A DNA stretch of 63,894 bases, counting the filler, from Choristocarpus tenellus KU-1152 (Eukaryota; Protista; Phaeophyceae): NCBI GenBank assembly GCA_964200185.2. It is 9 parts of 9 records of this genome, joined end to end, with 100 filler letters (N's around TTAATTAATTAA, not from the genome) between each part and the next. Parts side by side here need not be neighbours in the genome. Positions count along the whole stretch, not along the records: positions 11,250 to 28,088 come from CAXNAD020000762.1; 8 more parts are not named here. The stretch is one strand, 5' to 3'. The stretch's first letter is position 1. The number at the start of each line of letters is the position of its first letter. The notes under the pieces are model-generated. The model saw only the letters and a list, made by a program, of their open reading frames with translations, made no database searches and was not told the origin of the DNA. The translations under genes and the position numbers were made by a program. Below, one piece after another: positions 12,226 to 23,225 of the stretch.

Positions 12226-13600
12226 AAAAGGTTACTGCCACCTCTGAATGAATAGCCACACAAACATCTATATCACACAAAACATCTATACAAAAATGTT
12301 GTTGGCAAAATTAACAGGTGGGGATGAAATATGCAAGAACCTAGAGTTGTGAAAATCATGTCTTGCACCAGTAGAGAGTAATAAGCAGCCACACTTTGTG
12401 GCACAAAAACTGGCCCATATATTATGGCTGTTGGCATTGAGGGACACCCATCAGTGACCATACTCCCAGTAGTGCACTACAATGCAATTCACTTGGGAGA
12501 GTACCTGAGAACTAAGAAAGGTGGTCCCACAATGACCCAATGACACAATGACACACACACACACACACACACATATGCCAGCTCACCCCCCCACAGAATT
12601 AGCCCCATTCCAAAATGTAACGAGTGTCGGGCTATCCTTGGCATCTGGCATCTTACTTCATGTTCCCCTTCATTTCTTCACAAACGACATGGTCCCACAT
12701 CATTATTGGTGCAGGTAGTGACGGCAAGCAATTTGGGAGTTAAGCGATTGTCAGAGTAGAGGCTCGTCATATGTGCTCTTGCCTTTGAACTTGCAGCAAA
12801 ATAATCGACACTGGTCGCTGGTGGCCATTCCACTTCCTATAAACACGCTCTGTTTCTCTGCCAAAAATAGGTAAACTCCATATGAGAATGCAGAAAGCAC
12901 CAACAGCAGTGCCATGGCCTTTGGAATGAATTACCAAGCTCAGTGAAAGAGGAATCAACGTAATCATCTTACACCAGACATATCTCCACTCATGTCTGTT
13001 ATGACAGTAGCAGGAAATTTGAGAATGTTCACTAATGTACCACCTTACAATGCAGGCAGTAAAAGAAACCTGAACCCTCACCTTCATAGCCACCAATGTC
13101 ATCATTGACCCCGTATCTGGTTGCATGGCGACTGGGATGGGTGTTTGCAACCTTTCCTTCATGATCAGCGAGGAACTCTGCCACCAGCTTAGCCTTAGCA
13201 AACATGTTGACACCATTCAGAGCATGAAATTCGTGAGTAGGCACAATGATCAGTCTCGGAAGGTGATTTTCTAGGTACGCCAAAACACAGTGGTGTGCTT
13301 GCTAGCTCTCCCCAGCAGCCTTGTTATGGAAATTTGATCACTTTAGCAAGTGTGGTAGATTGTCATGCCCACAAAAAACCTCAAGACCTCGTTTTTAGAG
13401 GCACTACTGCAACAGTGACAACGATAAACATTTTTTTTAGCATAAGTGTTCCATGATTTGCAAATGGTGCAAGGGGATGGAACGCCACAGCTTTTTAACA
13501 TCAACTTGTAAGCGCTTTGCAGTGGTAGATACATGAACAGCCTGGTAGAGATGACAAAGTACACAATAACCCTATTCTAAGAACGCACACAGATATAGTC
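11450..13600 (-). pseudogene. Decayed Cys/His-rich transposon-like coding relic, possibly KDZ (Kyakuja-Dileera-Zisupton) type
   Basis: Frameshifted fragments CTICKSW..CHCC, FYCLHC, CGCLLLSTGARHDFHN and WCFHGIV resemble CxC domains and the CxHG motif of KDZ transposases. Many stops are present. Confidence 0.3.
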
Positions 13601-14171
13601 AGGCGGACAGATAACCTTGCCTAAACCAAGTAAGGACCTCCCACTGTGGGGATCATCACAATGCTCACGCACCAATTTAACCTGCACCATGGAAATTTTG
13701 GTGTGTGGGTAAGTACTACACAAAATAAGCCCACAATCAATTGCAGAAGACAGTTTCTGATGATCACAAACATGGGCATAGCATATCTCTTCAGTGCCCT
13801 TCCAACACTTATTTTCTCCTCTACATGATTCCGACTCAACTTAATTCCACATCCGTTCCAAATTGCCCCACCCCACCTCATGGACCCCTGTCCCAATTCA
13901 TACAAACACCGAAAAAAAACATGTTACCTTTTCCTTTTCTTTTTCTCTCCTGGTTGTATCACGGTGCCTCATAAGCATGTTCAAGTCCTCTGCTGCCTTG
14001 GTCGCCTGCTTACAAATGCCATTACCCCCCCCCAAAAAAAGCACCACAGGGTTAAAGAGAGCACAACTGAAGTAATCCAGATCAAAGAGCAGCCAAGGGT
14101 GCCATCAGACTCTCCAGGGACACAGTACGTTTAAGTTGAAACATGATGGGGCAAAGGGAACAAGAAAGGAT

Positions 14172-14850
14172 GCAAGATAGGACAGAGGGAAGGCATCCTC
14201 TGGATATCACACTTTGTTGTTTTGGATGCTGTTGGTGTTCATCCCTACCCTCCTGGTTGCAGTTGCCACTTCATTCAGATTATGTCAAGCAATCAGTCAT
14301 GGAATATAAAATTATTGTGGTGCATCTTTTTGAAGTTATTGGGTTCAAGTCCTACTCAGGTGTCTGGCGGTGAACAGCAACAAATACTTAGTCCTATACG
14401 CAAACCCTGCCATAACCCTAACCCTAACCCTAAATACAACACCAGTTCCAAATAGAACATGCGACAATGTTAAGGTTTGTTGCCGCGTATTGTCAGTCAC
14501 CTCACGTAGTACCCATTATGTTCTTTTCCTTTTCAAAGAGGTATGCAAGTAAGTCCTTCACTTCTTTCTCACTACCTCTCTAGTGCTACACAAGGGTTAA
14601 GCCAGGAAGAGTTCTGTATACTTTACATTTGCCCTCCTACAATTACGAAGTCGGTCCCAACCCTCAGATCTCGTCTTGCCATAAACAAGATTAAGCAGAG
14701 GAAACTGATAATGATGCAGTACAGGACAGAGAGAAGACATTCTCTGGGCATTGCAGTTGCCGTTTTGGATACTGTTGGTGTTCATCCCTGTTCTCCTGGT
14801 CGCAGTCTCTCACTTCATGTGTGGACTATGCCAAGCAATCAGTCATGGAA
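14172..14850 (+). repeat. Pair of diverged ~135-bp direct repeats (14172-14305, 14716-14850)
   Basis: Shared blocks GGACAGAG..., TTTTGGAT.CTGTTGGTGTTCATCCCT..CTCCTGGT.GCAGT..CACTTCAT and CAAGCAATCAGTCATGGAA. Confidence 0.8.
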
Positions 14851-15662
14851 GGCTCCAAGGCTCATTTGCAGCTTAGTCTACTGAATACAAAATTGTACGG
14901 CCAAATATGTCTGGCCGTGTCTCACTGAATCTGGGGGAAATGGTAGGTAGGAGTGTTCCTGCCTTCAGCAGCTGAAAGCTGCGTCCTGCCATGCCATCAC
15001 CTAAAACCTACGGACAAACTGCATAGAGTTTTCAACATTTTCAGCGACTGCTCAGCACAATCTAGATGCTGTGAGGGGACAATGTCTACGAGACAGAGAT
15101 GCGGGGTCCTTGGGTGGAACCTGCTGCCAATATCATAAATCTAAGCACAAGGGAGTTAGCACTAATTGATACTACGAACAGCGCATCAGCGCATCAGAGA
15201 GGTAGGATGGCTTGAAAGTTATTAAGGAAGGCATCTCTAAACGTCTGGAGCCGGACAAAGATGGGAGTGAATGCATATGGTGAGGGGGAGGTGGGGGCGT
15301 GCAATAATCTTGGCAGGTCATTCAAAAATATCGAATCCCTAAATGTCAGGGCATTCCACTGGGCTGGGCAGCTAGTATGGTTGGGATCCGAGCAGGCACT
15401 GCAGGCCAGATCATAGGAATATCTGATGACCCTGGACCAGGTCTGTGACTACATATTTGTATTAGGCTGCAGGGTAGCCTGGCCATGTTGCAAAAAATCG
15501 CACCAGACCATAGGGAAGTCCCGGTACCGTTGAAATAGTCAATGGCCCTGAACTGAACATGTCAGATTTTTTTTTCCCATGGCCAGCCTGGCTAGAAACA
15601 TTTTGGCAGAACCTCTGACCAGGTCAAAATAAGTCAGTTCACCCCGCTAAGCAACACTGAGG

Positions 15663-17290
15663 TAGATTTTTAAGTGCTCTGGAGTACAATATATTCAGTG
15701 TATGGCATTTACAGTATACTTCAATGTAATACTATGCAAAGCATACCATTTTTTTTTTATTTCCGAGATGAATAAATTACTCTACAGTATATGGGTGCCC
15801 CTCTTGCCAACACTCTAACAACCCCCAGGCTATAGAGTTCACACATTTGAGATAGTTCGTTGAGTTTCAATGAGCATTGGCAGTTATGGCAGAGGTGGTA
15901 GAGGCCGAGGTATCAGATTTTGTCAAATGTTGAGATATGGACATGACTATTTGCCCCGGTGGAACAGAGGCAGACATAAATATTTGACAGGTTTGGATCA
16001 AATTTTCGGTTTTCCGTCACCTCTTGTCCTCCTATCAGCAATAAACACATACTCTTAGGAACAACCCAAAGATATCTTAGCAGCGAGGCGTAGGTCATCC
16101 TCTATCAACTAGATAGTCTTCTCGGGTCAGCCCCAGATGACACCACTCATATTCAGGGTGAGCATGATGGTTTTCAGAGTAATAATATTTGCTTGATGAC
16201 TCAAGTCATCACATCTCAGTGAGGAATTGCATCTGATCCAGGCTTCTTCTTGCAGCGAAGGGAATGCTGCTCTTAAAGATGCACTGGTCCAAAAATTCAT
16301 GGAGACTACACAAAATATTACCAAGATTCACCTGGAGGATATGAAAAGCAAGAAACCTTTGCATGGTCAAGACCAATGAGGAGCAGGCGGCTCTCATTCT
16401 TGACCCATGCACCAAAAAAAGCATTCTAGGGTCGTGCGCTAATGTTGGCTCTTGATTGATGGGTAGAGCTGTAGGCTCGAGCAGCAGAGGAATTTTCTCA
16501 TTGATGCACTTGGGATGAAAAAAACAGAGGAGGTTCTGTGGGCAAATCAGGTGCCAGTGAATCTGACAATAGACTGAGGACATCTCCAGGTCTGACTAGG
16601 GAGACATTGTCCTGATTGGATCAGATATGATTGAAACAGCTTAAAAAGAAATCTCAGCAATCGCCACGGCATGTGCAAGGCTCTCCCGGAAAAGTCAACC
16701 TTTCAGAGGCCCGGAGACTTAGAATTCATTCTGTATCTACTCGAGGAGGAGTCATTCACACCAGGTAGTGAGGAGTTTGACGTTCTCAGGTACAGGAGAT
16801 AGAAGGTGACAGTGAAGACCAGTAAGGAAGGCAAGGTCTTACAAACAGGACAAATACCCCGTTCATAGCCATGTGTGCCAGAGTTTGTCATGATCTTGAT
16901 GACAAAAGGTGCCAAGCGAAGAGAAGCCTCTCCAGCCTCTTCCTGATACTTACCTCAACAAGACATGGACGTAATGAATGCGCAGCAACTCATGGGCACC
17001 TCGTGAAGGAGGTGACTAAGTTTGACCGCAAGATACAAGTATTGCCACGAAAAGAAGGGAATCTAGGCCAGAGGAGTGCAGGCACAAGTTGGGCGTAGTT
17101 GGTGGAGTAGTTGTCTTCTATCAATGTATCTTTGGACAAAGCGGCACTTCAAACTGCTTCAGAGTATAGTACAACACCATGCCATGCAGAAGAAACACTC
17201 ATATTTAGTACCTCATACTAATGTTCGGTGAGTAGTTGAGAGTCATGTACTTGAAAGTATATTAACAATGTACTCCGGAGTTAGCATCTA
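15663..17290 (+). mobile_element. Degenerate hAT transposon (partial transposase with C-terminal dimerisation domain)
   Basis: EQAALILDPCTKK (~16380), LEFILYLLEE...FDVLRY and CARVCHDLDDKRCQAKRSLSSL (hATC-like). Imperfect TIRs TAGAT..CTCTGGAGTACA / TGTACTCCGGAG..ATCTA. No TSD retained. Confidence 0.65.
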
Positions 17291-17927
17291 ATATGCCATC
17301 TTACATTCTTCGGGTGTTGCCACGAGGAAGGTGATAGCGAAAGCATTCATTATCCATCAAAGAAAAAATTACACAAAAACATGACATCCCACGCATGCCT
17401 CCAGAATAAATTTGTTTAATGCTTGGTACGGTGTGAATTTGAATCGATTCTGGTTGGCAGGGCAGTATGCCTATAAGAGAAACCATTGGCAGTATTTTGG
17501 CTCAGCATATTTTCATTCCAATGGTTTCCTTTTCACCGTCTTAACTGTCCGGTCACCCCACATTTTCCTCGTGTCAGCAACCGCTAGTTGTGACAATCTT
17601 TTCAGTGGCAGTTGACCAAAACCTTTAAGATGTAACCTTATCCCAATATTGAATACGCTGATTCACTCAAAGTGTGCAAGGCCTTTGTACATATCAGAGT
17701 CATCTACACCTACTAAAAAGTTTTACATGCTGCAGGCAAATATTTTTCAGATTCAAAGTTGGTGCTACCCAAGCAAAGCCACACACAATCCATAGAAAAG
17801 GATATATAACCACCAAAGTTGACAACAGAGCCCAATCCTTCCACCCTTCACATCCTACTCTGGACTAAATCCTACTAAAAATGTTCTTGTTACTTAAGGG
17901 GCATTACAATTTGACTGAAAATATATA

Positions 17928-19915
17928 CTTCATCCGTTCGGAATTAAAAGTAATATAAATTAAAGTTTTTTTTACATGTTCATATTTTATGGGTGTATTG
18001 TGCAGACACTCAAAGGTTGCTTACCAAAATCTCAATCAAAATAGGGCAGCCTGCACCTATCTATGATCCCCCCCCCCGGATACCTCCAAAACTCCATTCC
18101 AGCACAGTATTTTGCCGCATCCACCAGGGTATTTAGGGGAGCTTGCCCACCTTCTTAGCTTTTTCCTTGCTAAGAAGGGAATTTTGAAGACATTATCACC
18201 CTTGGACCCCAGCACTTCACTGTAGACTGCGAAGAGTCTCTGCCAGACGGGCTCTAGCGTCTCCAGGGGGTACACATCAAAAGCCTCCATTGTGGCCTCC
18301 ACCGCCTCTTCTGTGCTTGTCATCCCCACATCTTCCTTCAGTTGTTGGATTGAATGAAAGAATCCTAGGTCGTTAGCGTTGAGATCAGGTGAGTTGGCTG
18401 GCTGGATCTCTATGACAATGTTGTCCCCCATTGACTCCTTGATTGCCTCCATGATCCTCCCCTTTCTATGCGGCTTTGCCCTGTTCTGCTACACAGAGAT
18501 GATGTGTCCTTCTGGGCTAGGCATGCAGGCCTCGATTGCCAGGATGACATCCTCGATCACAAGCTTCTTATACTTCTCCCTGTCCGCCATGGCTGGCACA
18601 AACTCCTTGGTGCCCTTGGGGTGGTGTTTGCTGGAGTGTTGAGTGACCTTAGTGTCCACAAGTGACCAGATCCTAATTTTCTCATCAAACCACACCCCGT
18701 TGGAGAGCTTCCAAGGGCATGTCACAGCTGCAAGGAACATTAACTTTGTAACGTAATGCTTATTTTGTGCACATGGGGGTTTGGGGTGGTCCTCGGTAGG
18801 GTGCAGGTACACCTTGCCCATCTTTGAGGATGTAAAGAGTAAAAGTATCTTAGAGTACGAGTTTTGCTCTGCTTGTCCATTTGGGGCTTGGCTTCCCTTT
18901 TTTTTTTATGACGTTTTCCTACTCCAAAGTGTTTTGGAGTAGGTAAAATATATACGTTACGAAAAGGTGTGTCCAGAACAAGGATATTGACACTTCCTAA
19001 CAAACGCGACAGCCAAAATTGCATCAAAATCGCAAAATTGGATTTTGGACCCCAAATGGATGCAGCCCTACCCTCTAAGATACTTTGGCTCAAAACCACT
19101 TCTTGTCCACATGCACCTCGCCATGTAGATCGCCCACTAATACCAATACCCCACTCCCCCCTCCTGTGCATGTGACTGATGACAAAACCCACCCTGGTGA
19201 CTTTCTGTTGGTTTGAGGAGACTGACTTAATCCACCGCTGGACCTTGTTCACCTTCTCATGCTTGCACAGATCCCACAACGGGGCAAGGGAGGCCCCTAC
19301 ATTGGCCGCCCATTTGCGGAAGGGTGTGCGGTGTACTGATGGGACATCCTAAATGTTGAGGATACTTGTATGGTGGCCACAATGCCCCTTGCAACATAAT
19401 ACAACGCCCATACATTAACCCCATGCAATCTGGCTGTCATACTCCTTCAGATGACGGAACACCGTGCTCCAGGAAATTCTGAAGTCCTCCATGATGACCA
19501 CTGCAGTCCCCCCAAGGCATCTGAGTCTTGTGCCCTCTCACCTCCAAGCATCACGCCATCAAGATGTTCTTCGTTGGGGTGTTTGAGTCTGGACCAGACT
19601 CCTGGGCCAAACAATTGGGACCGACGGGATGAGCAAGCCACTCAAACGGCGGGGGGCCTTCATCCTAGGTATCCCAATACACACCCACTTTGACATTTTC
19701 ACGAGGTTCTTGAACCCTGTCTAACGCAACTTGGTTGACTTTGTACCACTGGTGATCGATCCTCCACAGTCATGACAGTCCGCCATTTCAAACTGTGTGT
19801 GCCTCCTGATCTATATGAGAACTAAGCCTCGTCCAGAGGGTTTATCACATGGATCATTCCCGGGCGAGAACAGAGCTTGCAAATTTATGTCACATTTAAT
19901 TCCGAACAGAGGAAG
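17928..19915 (-). mobile_element. Tc1/mariner element of plant-mariner (DD39D/GT-like) type; transposase pseudogene interrupted by a MITE
   Basis: TA TSD on both sides. ~31-bp TIR CTTC(A/C)TC(C/T)GTTCGGAATTAAA(A/T)GT(A/G)A(T/C)ATAAAT. Motifs HVDKKWFY, TKLMFLAAV, *QNRAKPH and QPANSPDLNANDLGFF. Confidence 0.92.
18837..19091. mobile_element. MITE family B (255 bp) inserted into the mariner transposase
   Basis: TIRs GAGTAAAAGTATCTTAGAG / CTCTAAGATACTTTGGCTC; splits the KWF|YIL codons; homologous to copies at 36592, 62629 and 62817. Confidence 0.92.
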
Positions 19916-20772
19916 TACGTACAAAAGTGGAAGAACTGATGCTTTGAACAAATCTGTGAGGAAAAATCTAAGAAGACACGAGCATAAAAACAAAGCAAAC
20001 ACCCCACACATGTCAATTGGTGGTCCTTTCAGAGGTTGAGTATGAAATCTGATATCATCATACGGCAAACGGATATCTGGACTTTGAGGTCCAGGCAGCG
20101 ATCCCTGTCTCCTGTGGTACCTACAAAAAAGGTGATAATACATAGAGGCATAGTAGGCAGGCATAGTGTACTACACGACAAGAGGTCAAGGCCTTCTGCT
20201 GTATTGTTGTTCAGTGCACCCGTATACCGCACAGAGGAGCACCAGTATCACTCGAGGCGTACCTGAGCATACCTAAAATGTGCACAAAACACCATCTGCT
20301 ACATATGTGCGCTCTGGCACACCACTTTAGTTCATTCTAGACTGCCTCTGCCTCAAGGTAGAGGTTTGGGCAGTACTCTCGGGAAGAATTGTTCGTGTTA
20401 CTTCTTCTGTTTGTTGTCTGGGCGAGACAGATGACAGGACCCAAGATAGGGCAAGCAACCACAGCGAACAAAAAGAAACGGGACAGGGGGATATAATACA
20501 AACCGCAGCCGAAGTGAAGATCACACAAATGAACTCTTGCACAGGTCTTTCTTCATCTGAACTGCACATCTTCTTTAAGACTGCGGTGAGACAGCAAGAA
20601 CAAAAGCGTTGTTAGAGTTTTTGGTCTGAGATGGGTTTGGTGTATGCTGGCCTGGGGCTGAAGAAGGAAACTATCGGATTTGTTACAGAAGCCCTACCCA
20701 GCCCACTGGGACAATGGCTCAGTGGGGTTTCCTTAGTCCCTGCACATTGCCAGTACCTCCCTCTGTCCTAAC

Positions 20773-23187
20773 CGTGTATCTCTCTTTAACCTTTTGCCTT
20801 TCCTGTTCTATACCTAGGTTCAGATCGTTCCAGTTTTCTTGCATCCGAGATCTAACTACTACAGCTCTACTCCGAAATGGATGCACTGTACGGCCACATT
20901 TCACCTTTCCAGATTGATGGCCTTACAACGATACACTATCAGAGCATTATAGATGTACATATAAACACAAATATGTCCCTCTCTATCCCTATAGGTGAAA
21001 AGATGCACACTAGTACTGAAGCCTCTTGCTACTGTTACAAATCCCTCTTGTATCACTTCATAGATTCAGAGAGTGCATTGTTGTACAGATGAAGGGTTGC
21101 AGAAACTGATCGCTGCATAGACAGATGGAGGCTTTCAATATGTATACACTTAAGAACTCTTCTTTCACCCCCAAAACATGTTCCTAATACATGTAACTTA
21201 CTGGATGCAGCAATGTCACATTGCTATTAACATTGCACCAACACGGGGGGGAGGGAAGGTGGGGATAAAACCCTCCTCACCTCATCCACAGCTCCTGGCA
21301 CAGCCTTACCCAATGCTTGCAAACTCTTTGTTTTCACAACTTCCAAAGTAGCGGTTGGCATGAAGTCTGACAAATAGCACCAATGGGTCGGGTAGGTTAA
21401 TAGTCAAGTTCCTTCCCAAGGGTGGAGACAAAGAGCCTGCACGGCAGGAGCCTGCATCAGCATTGGTGAGTATCATGAGACCTAGGATCTTGCTTGCGAA
21501 ACTCTTCCTTGTCATTACCAACTCAGAACATCAGGTGGAGTTTCATTGTAGTTCAAAAGATCTAAGGTACAACTAATGAGACCCCCAGCAGCGTTGAGTA
21601 CCTTTACTTCAAAGTATAGATCTGACTTCTTGATTCACCATGGATGTGTCCATGGAGAATGTCTCCTAAAACTTAAATATTGCAAATTATCCTGGAGTAC
21701 TTTTGAAGTACAACTTAAATATGCTCTTGCTTCATGCCAATTGAGCGCCAAGCCAACGGCACTTGATAAATCCATCCAGCCAAAGAAAAGAATAGAAATC
21801 AATACATGAAATACAGCAGAACGACTGATGAAAGTTGGTTACTACGTTAAGTAGAGTCAGAAATATCTAATGTCTGGGAAAATTTGATGGAAGATCTAAA
21901 AAGGTGTTCTTCGCTGATACTTTTATTCTATTTGGGGGCAGGAACGGGGCCAAAAGATATTGCCGTTTAAAGAAAACGCAGACCGTGTGGGCAGGAGGGG
22001 GACTGCACAAAGTATGAACTCAACTGGTTTCTTTGAGTGTCACACCAAGCATGTCTTCACCCAGCTGTTGCGGTGGTGATCCATGGCAAAGTCTCAAGTC
22101 CTCACTGGCCGAAGGAGGAGGCAAGAACGGAGAACAAGACTGGAATGTATAAGTTAAGCCAGGGCTAGAATGTGGAAGTGACAGAGAGATGTTAGATCTA
22201 AGAGCCAATGTCATCATAACTTAGACTGTGCTTCTCTTAAGCTACTAGGGAATTAGGAGGTGACCCCTTGGGCTATTTTGGGAGAAGGGGGAAGGGGTTG
22301 AGGCAATGTGCACAAGGTCTCAATTTCGATTTTGAGGTTGGAATTGAGGTTACAAAGGTTTGGAGATACTACAGTTGCAAGTTGTTGGACCTTGTTTTCC
22401 CCTTGAGTATATGGACACACACACACACACACACACAAAAGCCTTCTCAGTATATCTCACAACCCTCAATACTTGACGGGAGAAATGGGCAGGCATAAGA
22501 TCAACTAACAAAACACCCAGTCTCTTCCCCAGCAAGGTGAGCTAGCACCTTTCCACCGATTTATTCTCTCCTATTTCCTCCACAACCCACAACGTGCTGA
22601 TCCAAAGTAGACTAAAATAATCACTCTGAAATTGCCGACTCTTTTCAGCCCTAGGAGAGTAGTATACCTTCATTTCCTGCCCCCCCAGATCACACACAAG
22701 GTTGCTGCATCATCTCACCTGCTATTGACAACACTGGCGTGAAGGAACTCGTAGACATTCCTAGATGCATTGAAATGAATGAGGGAAGGGAGGTGGAGTG
22801 TGTGCAGGGGGGGGGGGGGGGGGGGGGGGGGGCGCAGGGGAAAATGACTGCCAATTACTATGCTTATCGCATGATGTATAGCGAGTGCTAACTACAACGA
22901 GAGCAAGGACTGGGGAATGGCACATAGTGTCAATAGTGCAACGAGAAATCAGAAATATGTGAGGCATTGGCATAACCTGCCACTGTAGAGTGTGTTGTCC
23001 GAGGAGTTTATAGGCGATGATGAAGGGTGGCGGGCACTGGTCAAAGGAATGAAGTCAATTCTACCCCTAGACTTCAGGAACCGGTTCTCCTAAAATTGAC
23101 AAGGTGATTTGTGCTGTTGAAAAGGGCAAAAAGGTAGGGATTGTTGGCATGTGTTGGAGAAGTACTGATACTATCTCTTTAACAAAC

Positions 23188-23225
<38 letters not shown>

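Noticed and set aside
22977-23089. Open AG/GT-bounded segment ENRFLKSRGRIDFIPL... as an exon of the UBX gene
   Set aside because: It is open from phase 0 but the preceding exon ends in phase 2. Direct splicing 23746 to 22760 gives the canonical UBX ETIKNVYEFL.
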